Origin: an uncultured virus (IMG/VR IMGVR_UViG_3300021400_004213)
Lineage: Duplodnaviria > Heunggongvirae > Uroviricota > Caudoviricetes
Virus record (IMG/VR): IMGVR_UViG_3300021400_004213
DNA length: 64,000 nt
Direction: 5' to 3' (one strand)
Part shown: in pieces, positions 20,477 to 29,857 of the stretch
Position numbering within the stretch: position 1 is the first letter of the stretch
Layout: each line of letters opens with the position of its first letter
The notes under the pieces: model-generated
Database searches by the model: none
The model's input: the letters and a program-made list of their open reading frames with translations, nothing else
Told to the model about the DNA's origin: nothing
Program-made: the position numbers and the translations under genes

Positions 20477-23248
20477 ATGCCAATTCTTTTGAACGATCTC
20501 CAGAACACCGCGCCAGTCGTTAAGACATACAGTCCGAAATTCTTCGACAGTAAACTGACAGGCAAAGGTGGAACTTCTGCTGGATTGCTCTCTGCAAGAA
20601 ACAATCCCCTTTCCATTGACCCGACCGTGACGACATCTCCGTCTGATTACGAGACCTACAGACGTAACTATCGTGCGGGACAGACTACACTCAATCGGAT
20701 TCCGATGAATCCGCTGACCACACAGAGCTTACGCTACATGGACAGCGTAGAACGTCCCGACCTTAAGGACTTGGTCAAAATCGGCACGCAGAAAAATGTG
20801 GAGCTTTATATGAATATGAAGGCCCAGACCATTTCCATTGAAGAGACCACGGTACCCGATCCGTGGGGCGGTCCGAGCCAGACAAAGCGTGTGTTCACAG
20901 CATCTTATATCATCACTCTGTACTATGTACAGGATAGCACTAAGACCACACACGCACAGACGAATATGCTTCATGTTCGCCCAACGCGCAACTACTACAT
21001 CAACATCTTCCTGACAAATCCTTTGCAGGAAATGCAGTTCGATATCGCACAGCAGTTAAAATCCAATGGCTGGACAATTGACAATCAGGCCATTGTCGAC
21101 TACATCGTCAATTATGACCTGTATGACGCTGTTTGCGAAAGAAGTGAAGAATGGCAGACTTACATCGATAAGACGCTCGACTCATTCTTCACAAACATCC
21201 ACGACCACTATGCAAACGATTCTACCGCTATGCATTACGTGGAAGATCAGGTCAAGTACATCATGTCTTACAACATTCCGCTTGATCTCTACAAGAGCAT
21301 TTACGCCTCGATTGCCAAGAACTTCGGAGCAACAGATGCAAGACGGATCTGCAAGCAGAACCTGAACTTGCTGTTATCTGATACGCTGAGCAACCTCAAC
21401 GCTCACAAGACGCAGATTAACGGCTTCACGCCGACCACACAGTTGGCAAACCTGCCGTCCAGCATCAAGCGTTTGTCTAACGAACAGAAAAAAGCAGTCA
21501 TGTCTACCGAACCGCTCATCCTTGTTCAGGCTGGTGCAGGCACGGGTAAGTCTACGCTTATCCTTGGTCGAATCGACTACTTGGTTGACTCAGGCGTTGC
21601 TCCTGAAGATATCACGGTACTGTCCTTCACTAACGCTGCGGCAGACCACATCACGGATAAAAATCCGAACGTCCACTCCATGACCATCGCTCGCATGATT
21701 CATGAGATTTACACAGCAAACTTCCAGAATCATGAACTGTCGTCTCTGGATACTATCATCAATAGTATCGACATCTACTTCCCGCCGACACCTGGTGTTT
21801 CCACACCAAACGGTATCAACAGGAACATCGTAGATCAGTTCCAGCGTAAGCTGAAAGCTATGGTCAAAAATGATACCAACAACTTTACCGAGATGAATAA
21901 CTTCATCGAGGAAAACTATGATGATGTCATGGCTATCCTTGATACAATCAGCCAAACGTCTCTGGAACTGGAAATTATCATCTGTTACCAGAAAATCGAC
22001 ACGTTCGTTGAACCTGCATCTATTGCCAGCAAATTCCTCATCATTGACGAAGTGCAGGACAACTCGATTTTCGAGTTCGTCTATACGCTGAAGTATGTTG
22101 ACAAGCATAAGGAATCCTTGTTCATCGTTGGTGACTGCTCTCAGACACTGTACGAGTTCAGAGCTTCGAATCCTCGTGCGCTTAACATTCTGGAAGGTTC
22201 GAACACGTTCGCAACTTACCAGTTGAATGTCAACTACAGAAGCAATCAGGAAATCCTTGATTTCGCAAACATTGCTCTGCAGAACATCGAAGCAAACCAG
22301 TATGCACAGATTCAGTTACAGGCCAACTCATTGGCACAAGTAACGGAACAGTCATTCCTCGACCATGTGGAATTCAACTATCATCAGATGATGAAGATTA
22401 CGGATTTCCATCAGGAACTGCCTCAGATTTTCAGCATGGAAGTGCGTCCTTACATCGAAAGATGTCTTGCTCGTAACGAGCAGGTAGCAGTCCTTGCGTT
22501 CACGCGAAATGACGTTGCCGTCATTAAGCAGATTCTTGAGAATCAGTATCCTGGCACCACATGCGTCAGCCTTGTTCCGAAGAAAATGTACAACACGACT
22601 GTCATGTCTAGCTTCATCAAGAAGTATTGGAATGACATCAAGTTTGCTCCGTATCAGAATATCATCAACATCATTCACAGAGAAATTATGGCTCGCTTGA
22701 CATATCTCGTTTACAACGACAAGCAGGCTGCGCCTCGCATCTCTCAGATGTTAAATGATTGGGCAGCACAGGAAGGTCCGAAAATTCAGACCTGGATCAA
22801 TCAGTGCAAGAACGGTCAGTTGACCGAAACAGAACTCCGTGATCTTGTCATGGATAACATGATCAAGTACGAAATTAGCACAAACGCCATCAAGCAGTCG
22901 CTCTTGGCTGTAGAAAATCAGCTGGCAAAAGCCGATGGCGCCGCTGACAATGCCGATTTCGTCATCTCCACAATTCACTCTGCGAAAGGATTGGAGTTCC
23001 AGAACGTTATCGTCCTGTATCGTAACGAAAACCAAATGGAAGAAGACAAGAAACGTATGTATTACGTTGCGCTCACCAGAGCAATGCAGTCTGAATACAT
23101 CTTGGCATACGATACGATGGCTTCGCCTCAGATTCAGGCCGACTACGTAACTGTGTTGGAGCACTTGCATGCAATCGCTCCTGCACAGAACAGCCCGATT
23201 GATATGCTTGCTGCAAAGAGAAAACGCAGTAAGCGAATCAAGATTTAA
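20477..23248 (+). CDS. UvrD/PcrA-like SF1 helicase with long N-terminal extension
   Basis: AGAGTGKS, IDEVQD, VGDCSQTLYEFR, NYRS, TIHSAKGLEF, YVALTRA. Confidence 0.9.
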   Translation: MPILLNDLQNTAPVVKTYSPKFFDSKLTGKGGTSAGLLSARNNPLSIDPTVTTSPSDYETYRRNYRAGQTTLNRIPMNPLTTQSLRYMDSVERPDLKDLVKIGTQKNVELYMNMKAQTISIEETTVPDPWGGPSQTKRVFTASYIITLYYVQDSTKTTHAQTNMLHVRPTRNYYINIFLTNPLQEMQFDIAQQLKSNGWTIDNQAIVDYIVNYDLYDAVCERSEEWQTYIDKTLDSFFTNIHDHYANDSTAMHYVEDQVKYIMSYNIPLDLYKSIYASIAKNFGATDARRICKQNLNLLLSDTLSNLNAHKTQINGFTPTTQLANLPSSIKRLSNEQKKAVMSTEPLILVQAGAGTGKSTLILGRIDYLVDSGVAPEDITVLSFTNAAADHITDKNPNVHSMTIARMIHEIYTANFQNHELSSLDTIINSIDIYFPPTPGVSTPNGINRNIVDQFQRKLKAMVKNDTNNFTEMNNFIEENYDDVMAILDTISQTSLELEIIICYQKIDTFVEPASIASKFLIIDEVQDNSIFEFVYTLKYVDKHKESLFIVGDCSQTLYEFRASNPRALNILEGSNTFATYQLNVNYRSNQEILDFANIALQNIEANQYAQIQLQANSLAQVTEQSFLDHVEFNYHQMMKITDFHQELPQIFSMEVRPYIERCLARNEQVAVLAFTRNDVAVIKQILENQYPGTTCVSLVPKKMYNTTVMSSFIKKYWNDIKFAPYQNIINIIHREIMARLTYLVYNDKQAAPRISQMLNDWAAQEGPKIQTWINQCKNGQLTETELRDLVMDNMIKYEISTNAIKQSLLAVENQLAKADGAADNADFVISTIHSAKGLEFQNVIVLYRNENQMEEDKKRMYYVALTRAMQSEYILAYDTMASPQIQADYVTVLEHLHAIAPAQNSPIDMLAAKRKRSKRIKI

Positions 23249-23336
23249 TGACATAAGCAAAGCGGCATCGCCGATAAACTGACGGTGCCGCCACGCATGC
23301 ACTTTATCTTTATCAACTAAAGGAGATCACCCAACA

Positions 23337-23771
23337 ATGAATGCAAATATCAACAGAGGTGATATTTTCTATATTACAGAAGACCCATCCAAGTCTGCTA
23401 CAGGTGCTGAAATATGGGCAGACAGACCAGGTCTCGTCATTTCCAATGACGCACTAAACAAAACATCGAACTGCGTCGAAGTAGTTTATCTTACGACCAG
23501 TCCAAATAAACGTCCTGCGCCAACGCATATTGCCGTCAAGTCTGGCAATAAGATGGCAATGGCAATGTGTGAACAAATTCATACAGTTGACAAAGCACGA
23601 CTCACAGACTTCATTGGGTCTATCACCGAAGACGAAATGATGGATATTGAGGGAGGCATCTTATTCTCCCTCCAGATCAATCGAGGACGAAATCCACAAG
23701 GGATTTTCAAGAAATATCAGAAAATGCTCGAAAAATATCCTGAACTCAAAGAAGCATACGATATTCCGTAA
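23337..23771 (+). CDS. PemK/MazF-family endoribonuclease
   Basis: RGDIFY, RPGLVISND, LTTS, CEQIHTVDKARL. Confidence 0.85.
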   Translation: MNANINRGDIFYITEDPSKSATGAEIWADRPGLVISNDALNKTSNCVEVVYLTTSPNKRPAPTHIAVKSGNKMAMAMCEQIHTVDKARLTDFIGSITEDEMMDIEGGILFSLQINRGRNPQGIFKKYQKMLEKYPELKEAYDIP

Positions 23772-23825
23772 TTACTGTCAGACCGAATTCATCGGTCTGA
23801 CTTTCTTTAACAAAGGAGTCCCGAT

Positions 23826-24224
23826 ATGACAAAACATAATCAAATGACACTCGATGAACTCAACGATCATCTCACAAACGTCATTAACGCACGAGAATCA
23901 TATCCTGAAGATAGTCTCAATAAACGAGCTATCGCTTTAAATAACGACTATCTCGAAACAACCAATGCCATTACAATACTTACGCAGCTTATTGCTGACG
24001 TAAAGGCATGGATTTCCGACGACATTCATCGCAAAGAAATCTTTACCGACATTAAAATCTGCTGTGAAGATGACAACATCGATGCAAACGATACGATGAA
24101 TGAAATCATCGACGAGCGATACACCATCGACATTTGCAATCAGTTCCTTGACGCCATGAAAAATAATTATCAGCTCTGCTATGCAGGCTGGACAAAAGAT
24201 GGCGTAACATATCCTATTTCATAA
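23826..24224 (+). CDS. hypothetical protein
   Basis: AAAGGAG RBS. Confidence 0.6.
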   Translation: MTKHNQMTLDELNDHLTNVINARESYPEDSLNKRAIALNNDYLETTNAITILTQLIADVKAWISDDIHRKEIFTDIKICCEDDNIDANDTMNEIIDERYTIDICNQFLDAMKNNYQLCYAGWTKDGVTYPIS

Positions 24225-24227
24225 CAC

Positions 24228-24268
24228 AAAAAAGCCGAGATCTTATAGACCTCGGCTTTCCTTTTTTT
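24228..24268. terminator. bidirectional terminator
   Basis: AAAGCCGAG...CTCGGCTTT flanked by A and T tracts. Confidence 0.75.
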
Positions 24269-24269
24269 C

Positions 24270-25418
24270 TTATAGACTAAACGCTCCTGTAAACAACTTG
24301 ACGATATCATTATACGTCACATAGACCAACAAAACCATCAACAACACCATCCCAGCCGCATTGATAGCATATTCCACTCTTGCAGGAACTTTACGTCTAA
24401 ATAGACCCTCGAAAATACAAAGCAGGAATCGACCGCCATCCAATGCAGGCAAAGGAAACATATTCACAACACCCAAGTTGATAGAAATCAACGACAACAT
24501 ATACAAAAGGAAACTCATCGTCGCAGCGAAACCTGACATCTCACCAACAGCTGATGTAATAACTGCCGTAATACCAACAACACCACTCATGTCATTCAAT
24601 CCAGCTTGACCTGTCGCTAACAGATGGAACGTATCAGCAACACTATAAAACATATATCTAAACGAATCCCATGAGTATAGCATTACATTACTGAATGTTT
24701 TATCCACAGGTTTCTCTGTCAAATTCATACCGATAAGACCCGTCTCAGGATCTTCGACGACCCATACGGTCATCGGTTCATTATCACGCAAAATATGCAA
24801 ATTGAAACCATCTTTTGTTTCTAAGGCATGTGTTGCCTTATACTCCGCATAATCCATCCACACCAACGTTTCACGATCATTAATGCCAGTGATAATATCA
24901 CCAGGCTGTAATTGAGCCACTACAGCGGGGGAATTAGGCTCCAAACTTTCAATTTGGATAACATCCAAATTTGCGAAAAACGTGATTGAAATCAAACACG
25001 CAAGAGCACCAAGGATCACATTAAAAATTGGACCTGCTGCATAGATTATCATCTTCTGCCAAAAAGGCTTTGCAAGCAACTTTTGGTCATCTGTCCAATC
25101 CGTTTTGTAATCAGCAGGCTTTACAAAACGAAAGCGTTTTTCTTTATTTTGTTCAATCGTTTCAACGGACGTACCTTTTGCAGACGCTTCGGCACTCTCC
25201 TCTCCATACATCGCACAATATCCGCCAAACGGAATGGCTCGTATAGACCAAACGGTATCTCCCTTTCTCTTCGAGTAAAACGACGGTCCCATTCCGATTG
25301 AATACTCCACAACACCAACGTGGAATAATTTTGCTGCCACCAAGTGTCCAAATTCATGAAAACTAATGCAAAGCAAAATCACAAAGACGGAACCTAAGAT
25401 TCCAAGAACATATAACAT
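24270..25418 (-). CDS. RseP/RasP-like M50 intramembrane metalloprotease with PDZ domain
   Basis: HEFGH, IPFGGYC, AGP..N, NMFPLPALDGG. Start moved to ATG 25418 (AAAGGGGG RBS). Confidence 0.9.
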   Translation of the reverse strand: MLYVLGILGSVFVILLCISFHEFGHLVAAKLFHVGVVEYSIGMGPSFYSKRKGDTVWSIRAIPFGGYCAMYGEESAEASAKGTSVETIEQNKEKRFRFVKPADYKTDWTDDQKLLAKPFWQKMIIYAAGPIFNVILGALACLISITFFANLDVIQIESLEPNSPAVVAQLQPGDIITGINDRETLVWMDYAEYKATHALETKDGFNLHILRDNEPMTVWVVEDPETGLIGMNLTEKPVDKTFSNVMLYSWDSFRYMFYSVADTFHLLATGQAGLNDMSGVVGITAVITSAVGEMSGFAATMSFLLYMLSLISINLGVVNMFPLPALDGGRFLLCIFEGLFRRKVPARVEYAINAAGMVLLMVLLVYVTYNDIVKLFTGAFSL

Positions 25419-25450
25419 GATTCCACATGTCCCCCTTTCAATTAGTAAAC

Positions 25451-25568
25451 AAAAAAGCCCGAACAGAATGTGTAAGACGCACCCTGCTCGGACTTCTCTG
25501 CCCGACAAACTATGAACAATCTCACAGAATGTCTGTGACGTCAATCACCGAGGCTGCGCCTCAATGAT
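25451..25568 (-). ncRNA. structured 5' leader or small RNA ending in an intrinsic terminator upstream of the RseP-like gene
   Basis: Two hairpins, then AGUCCGAGCAGGGUG...CAUUCUGUUCGGGCU followed by a U-tract. Confidence 0.6.
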
Positions 25569-25569
25569 T

Positions 25570-25598
25570 ATTATAACATAAAACATGCCATTTATCAA
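25570..25598 (-). promoter_or_regulatory. sigmaA-type promoter
   Basis: TTGATA-17 bp-TGnTATAAT. Confidence 0.75.
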
Positions 25599-25610
25599 CA
25601 ATTTAAACAA

Positions 25611-26087
25611 TTATTCTCTCGGAGCAAAACCAAGCAATACTAAATCGTCATCATTTGCTAATACAAAATCATCTGATAACTCATATGGACGATAGCCAAG
25701 AGAATAAAAACATGAAGGCCAATACTTCAATGCAAATGCATTTTTACGCAATACGAGTAAACTATATACACCTTTATGACGAGTCATATAATCGGCCAAT
25801 ACATCTCGCATCAAATGCTTACCTCGATGAGCAGGTAACACATACGCTTCTCGAACAGATCGAATACTGTTCGGATGTATAAACCGACCCGCTTTTCCGA
25901 TGATAAGAAAACCAACAAGTTCTCCATTATCAAAGACATTGTGCCACGAACATTCAGATGAATTCAAATAACCTTCAAAATCTTCACGTACTTCATCATC
26001 ATTCTTAAAAGCAGGAACTGTACGAAAACCGTCCAGTTCCATCATATAAGCACGGTACAAAGCTAATTTCTCGTCATACATTGACAT
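25611..26087 (-). CDS. GNAT-family acetyltransferase
   Basis: LVGFLI, AYVLPAHRGKHL, N..ALKYW. Start uncertain. Confidence 0.75.
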   Translation of the reverse strand: MSMYDEKLALYRAYMMELDGFRTVPAFKNDDEVREDFEGYLNSSECSWHNVFDNGELVGFLIIGKAGRFIHPNSIRSVREAYVLPAHRGKHLMRDVLADYMTRHKGVYSLLVLRKNAFALKYWPSCFYSLGYRPYELSDDFVLANDDDLVLLGFAPRE

Positions 26088-26096
26088 AACTATCAA

Positions 26097-26291
26097 TCAT
26101 CCTTTCCGACGCACGCTATTTAACATACGCTGCGTTCTCGTGACGTCTTCAGTAACAGCTACACCAGATTCATACAATTGCTCGACACGCTTCTTATGAG
26201 CGGTAGCCTTCTTACGACCTTCCTGCATTTTCTGTTGCTGTTCAGGAGAAATTGTACGTTTCTTACCGCTATGTTTTCTTCTTTTCGCCAT
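26097..26291 (-). CDS. small basic hypothetical protein
   Basis: GGAGGT RBS before ATG (MAKRRK). Confidence 0.6.
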   Translation of the reverse strand: MAKRRKHSGKKRTISPEQQQKMQEGRKKATAHKKRVEQLYESGVAVTEDVTRTQRMLNSVRRKG

Positions 26292-26336
26292 TTCTGTATA
26301 CCTCCGATATAATAGAGTAGACATTCATCTATCCCT

Positions 26337-26365
26337 ATTATATCGAAAAACCTCTCATAAATCAA
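26337..26365 (-). promoter_or_regulatory. sigmaA-type promoter overlapped by the palindromic operator
   Basis: TTGATT-17 bp-TATAAT; box at 26354-26365. Confidence 0.7.
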
Positions 26366-26368
26366 GAT

Positions 26369-26782
26369 TTATTTGCCAAATTCCACACCCGCATCTTTCG
26401 ATACATCTTCTGACAAATCTACACCAAGAACACGAGCGGCTCTTTCATAACGTGACAAACTATTCTCAGATGACTGTACCACACCAGACTGTTTTGTTAA
26501 CATTTCCTTTGAAGCCATCTCTGTTCCCCATGTCACGCCATGTTCTGCATCCAAAGAAGGCACAGGTAAAGATTTACCTGTACGTTCCAAAACATGAGCA
26601 CCAGCAATACGAGCCTCAAAAGCCGACTCAACAAAATCCAGCTGATCCTCACGAGAACCTTTGGCATACACATCATTCTCAAGACCGCGATTGTATTTAT
26701 TCATAGACATCTGATAATCAACATACTGACGATCTACAGACGGCTGTTGTACAATTCCATTTATATCAAGTTTCTTAGCCAT
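26369..26782 (-). CDS. hypothetical protein
   Basis: GAAAGGAG RBS; C-terminus DAGVEFGK. Confidence 0.65.
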   Translation of the reverse strand: MAKKLDINGIVQQPSVDRQYVDYQMSMNKYNRGLENDVYAKGSREDQLDFVESAFEARIAGAHVLERTGKSLPVPSLDAEHGVTWGTEMASKEMLTKQSGVVQSSENSLSRYERAARVLGVDLSEDVSKDAGVEFGK

Positions 26783-26975
26783 AGCCAAAACACTCCTTTC
26801 AGTCTGATAGTGGAAGCATCATAATATCCTTCTGCTGCTTTCATCTATACTCTAAACCAAAAACCTCAATAATGGAAGAGGTTATTTTTCAAACTGATCA
26901 AAGAAATTCCAAAAGAAAATGGCTCAACATCATAGATGCAGAGCCATTTATTTGAAAATAACAAAACGAAAAGAT

Positions 26976-27743
26976 TTAAACCATGACAGCCTGATAAAGC
27001 AAGCCTAAGATTAAAAGATGCAACGGATAAAACACATAGAAACCATATCTACGAATGGCGTTGCGTTTTTGAATCTTCGTTCCATCATAGAAAAGCATAA
27101 ATGGGATTGCCAACAATGCGCCAGGTGTTCCATACGAAACTGCCACAAACAACGCCACGAACGAGCCTGGAATCCAAAATTGCCAGTCAGGATGTGCATT
27201 CCACATCCAGAACACCAAGCCACACAGCGGCACGATAATAAAGCAATAATCTACGATACAAAACACTGCTGCGATACTTAAAACGCCAATAACCAGCAGA
27301 TTCGCACTTAAATAAAAAGTTTTATCTAACTCTCCTGCTTCATACATCATATGAATCTTTCGCATACACATAATGGTCAGCGAACCAAAAAACCATGACA
27401 ACATGACATTTTGGTACGAAAATTCTAACCATACATGCTTAAATGCAAAATCAAAACAAGGTTCTGAAATCACGGCAAAAATACCGAGTAATAAAAGATG
27501 TTTTGTCATCTTCTTCGTGTACATCATACCTTGAATAAACAAGGTACAGAATATCGGAAAAGCAATACGTCCGATAACACTACGTAACAAAACATATAAA
27601 AACGAATTTTCGCCATACAATGGTAAGACAAAAACTTCACCAATATGATCACATAACATTGCGATACAAGCAATAATCTTCAAGACATCCCTTGATAATA
27701 CTTGTACCTTCTGTGGAATCACTACCGATTTTTTCGTATTCAT
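26976..27743 (-). CDS. traX: TraX-family membrane acyltransferase
   Basis: LKIIACIAMLCDH, GRIAFPIF, SEPCFD, QNV, FYVFYPLHL. Confidence 0.8.
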   Translation of the reverse strand: MNTKKSVVIPQKVQVLSRDVLKIIACIAMLCDHIGEVFVLPLYGENSFLYVLLRSVIGRIAFPIFCTLFIQGMMYTKKMTKHLLLLGIFAVISEPCFDFAFKHVWLEFSYQNVMLSWFFGSLTIMCMRKIHMMYEAGELDKTFYLSANLLVIGVLSIAAVFCIVDYCFIIVPLCGLVFWMWNAHPDWQFWIPGSFVALFVAVSYGTPGALLAIPFMLFYDGTKIQKRNAIRRYGFYVFYPLHLLILGLLYQAVMV

Positions 27744-27752
27744 ATCTCAATC

Positions 27753-27923
27753 TCACATACCAAATACCTTAGACATAACGAACATAAACAGCCTATCAAT
27801 TCCAAAAAAACAGCCACCAGTAATAACTGATAAAACTAATACACGCAACGACGTACCCATCAATGTACCAAACGATGGGTATTTCATATTATTTGCGTAC
27901 CTTGATTTGCCACCACTTCTCAT
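27753..27923 (-). CDS. secE: SecE-like preprotein translocase subunit (56 aa, absent from the ORF track)
   Basis: Hand translation MRSGGKSRYANNMKYPSFGTLMGTSLRVLVLSVITGGCFFGIDRLFMFVMSKVFGM matches the SecE K-x-W/Y-P...T..V...TM...D pattern. ATG is 1 nt after the secY stop. Confidence 0.7.
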   Translation of the reverse strand: MRSGGKSRYANNMKYPSFGTLMGTSLRVLVLSVITGGCFFGIDRLFMFVMSKVFGM

Positions 27924-27924
27924 A

Positions 27925-29280
27925 TTACGGCCTCACTTTCGAAAACAGTACGAACTGATTCGCAGTTCGTTCATGCTTGAACTCAGACATTTCCTTCATA
28001 TAACCAATGTACCGAGCACTACGCTTCTCTACCTTCCAAGTATACCATGTATCATTTACGACAGATACAATAATAATGAGTGATGTTCCAAGAAAACTCA
28101 ATGACGGAACACCAAACACACGACTCATTACAATTGGAAGTGCTGCCAATATACAGAGTCCAAAACAACCTAAGAAATTCAGCTTACCGCCATATTTTTT
28201 CAAATAATTCTCTGTCTCAACGCCAGGAGCCACACCGACAATGACGGCACCTGATTTCTTCAAGTTTGATGCCACTTCAATTGGATTCATATTGACCAGC
28301 TGTGTATAATAACCAAACACAAAGATCATAAAGAAATAAATCAGCAATCCAATCGAAGCCACTGGATCTGAAAAATCCAACCACTTGTTCATATCAAAGA
28401 TACGAAGCCACGCAGCATTACCACCGAAAAGAGATGCAATAATCGAAAATACACTCAAAAAACTCGATGCAAAAATAACAGGTAAAACTGAATTTGGCAA
28501 CATCTTCAACGGCAAAACGCTGTTTTCATATACCAATTCATTATCAGACGTTGATTTATGATTATATTCCAAACGCACATCACGTTCTACATAATTCAAC
28601 CAATTTACAAAAATCAACATCACTAAACTAACAAAGACTACAACACTGACGAAAATCCAGTATTCAGATGATTTTCCTGACACTGACTGTGCTCTCGTAA
28701 GCATATTCGCAATTTCATGCGGAACATTACTTAAAATACCAGCAAGTAGGAACAACGAAATACCATTACCAAACAATTCGTCATCAATATAGTTTCCCAT
28801 AAAGGCAAACAGAATGGAACAAAGTGCCATGATGACAGTGCAAACTAACATTGCAACCCAATCGGTACGTACAAAAACACCATACGACATATAGGTGTTT
28901 AAAATTCCCAAAGAGGAAACAATACTTGTTATAATACTTAACCCGATTGTCAGCTGTTTAATCTTCTTCCGTCCAATCGCACCACTTCTTTGCAATTCAG
29001 CAATACTCGGAATCACAATTCCAAAGATTTGAATAAAAATCGATGCTGAAATATACGGTGAAATACCAAGCCCTGCGATGGATACACGTGACAACGCACC
29101 ACCCGTAAGAATATTCAACACACCAAATGATTCACCTAAACCTGATCCTGCAAAAAATGCATTTACATCAGTGAATGGTAATGGTATACAACATAACAGT
29201 CGATAAATTAGCAAAAACAAAATCGAACCGATCACTCGCTTTGCTAATGATTTTTTCTTCCACTTTCCTGCTACAATCAT
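27925..29280 (-). CDS. secY: preprotein translocase SecY (divergent)
   Basis: IPLP, LGISPYISASIFIQ, GNGISL, PVIFAS, NLKKSGAVIVGVAPG.ET, GTSLIIIVSV; about 10 TM helices. Confidence 0.92.
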   Translation of the reverse strand: MIVAGKWKKKSLAKRVIGSILFLLIYRLLCCIPLPFTDVNAFFAGSGLGESFGVLNILTGGALSRVSIAGLGISPYISASIFIQIFGIVIPSIAELQRSGAIGRKKIKQLTIGLSIITSIVSSLGILNTYMSYGVFVRTDWVAMLVCTVIMALCSILFAFMGNYIDDELFGNGISLFLLAGILSNVPHEIANMLTRAQSVSGKSSEYWIFVSVVVFVSLVMLIFVNWLNYVERDVRLEYNHKSTSDNELVYENSVLPLKMLPNSVLPVIFASSFLSVFSIIASLFGGNAAWLRIFDMNKWLDFSDPVASIGLLIYFFMIFVFGYYTQLVNMNPIEVASNLKKSGAVIVGVAPGVETENYLKKYGGKLNFLGCFGLCILAALPIVMSRVFGVPSLSFLGTSLIIIVSVVNDTWYTWKVEKRSARYIGYMKEMSEFKHERTANQFVLFSKVRP

Positions 29281-29334
29281 ACGTGAAAACTCCTTTTGTC
29301 CGATCAATCTTTAAAACTGCTCGTTTATGAACCT

Positions 29335-29363
29335 ATTATAACACATAGGCCCAACAATCGCAA
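29335..29363 (-). promoter_or_regulatory. sigmaA-type promoter for secY-secE-traX
   Basis: TTGCGA-17 bp-TGnTATAAT. Confidence 0.7.
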
Positions 29364-29418
29364 GCAAAATCCAAATAAAAAAACTTCATTTATGAACCAC
29401 TTTTTTTTCGCAAAAGTA

Positions 29419-29447
29419 TTGACATATGCATCAATTTAATGTAGAAT
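29419..29447 (+). promoter_or_regulatory. sigmaA promoter for the HU gene
   Basis: TTGACA-17 bp-TAGAAT. Confidence 0.8.
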
Positions 29448-29515
29448 AGGAGCATAAAGAAAAGATGGCGGTAATAAGTCAGCCGCCACTAATAAAAAAA
29501 TGGAGGATAACAAAA

Positions 29516-29797
29516 ATGACAAATCTGACAAAAGAACATGTGATTGAAGCTATGGTTGCACAGGAAAAGGGCCTCTCTAAGGCTGCTGCTGACAGACTTC
29601 TGAGACTGACAGCAAAGATGATCAAGGAAGCCGTCGCTGAAGGTGGTCGTGCTACATTCCCTGGTTTTGGCACCTTTGTTGCTGTTGACACCAAAGAGCG
29701 TGAAGCTGCCAATCCTCGTACTGGCGAAAAGATCACTGTTCCTGCAGGCCGCCGTATCAAGTTCAAGGCTGGTAAGGCGTTCAAAGAATCTCTGTAA
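29516..29797 (+). CDS. hup: HU-family DNA-binding protein
   Basis: GFGTF, REAANPRTGEKITVPA, KFKAGK; GGAGG RBS. Confidence 0.92.
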   Translation: MTNLTKEHVIEAMVAQEKGLSKAAADRLLRLTAKMIKEAVAEGGRATFPGFGTFVAVDTKEREAANPRTGEKITVPAGRRIKFKAGKAFKESL

Positions 29798-29819
29798 TTA
29801 TCACTTTACAGATAGAAAT

Positions 29820-29850
29820 AAGGCCGAGTGCATCAGCACTCGGTCTTTTT
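29820..29850 (+). terminator. intrinsic terminator
   Basis: GGCCGAGTGC-ATCA-GCACTCGGTC followed by TTTTT. Confidence 0.85.
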
Positions 29851-29857
29851 CTTATTA

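Noticed and set aside
25419..25544. 42-aa N-terminal extension of the RseP-like protein
   Set aside because: It overlaps the leader terminator; the RBS supports ATG 25418
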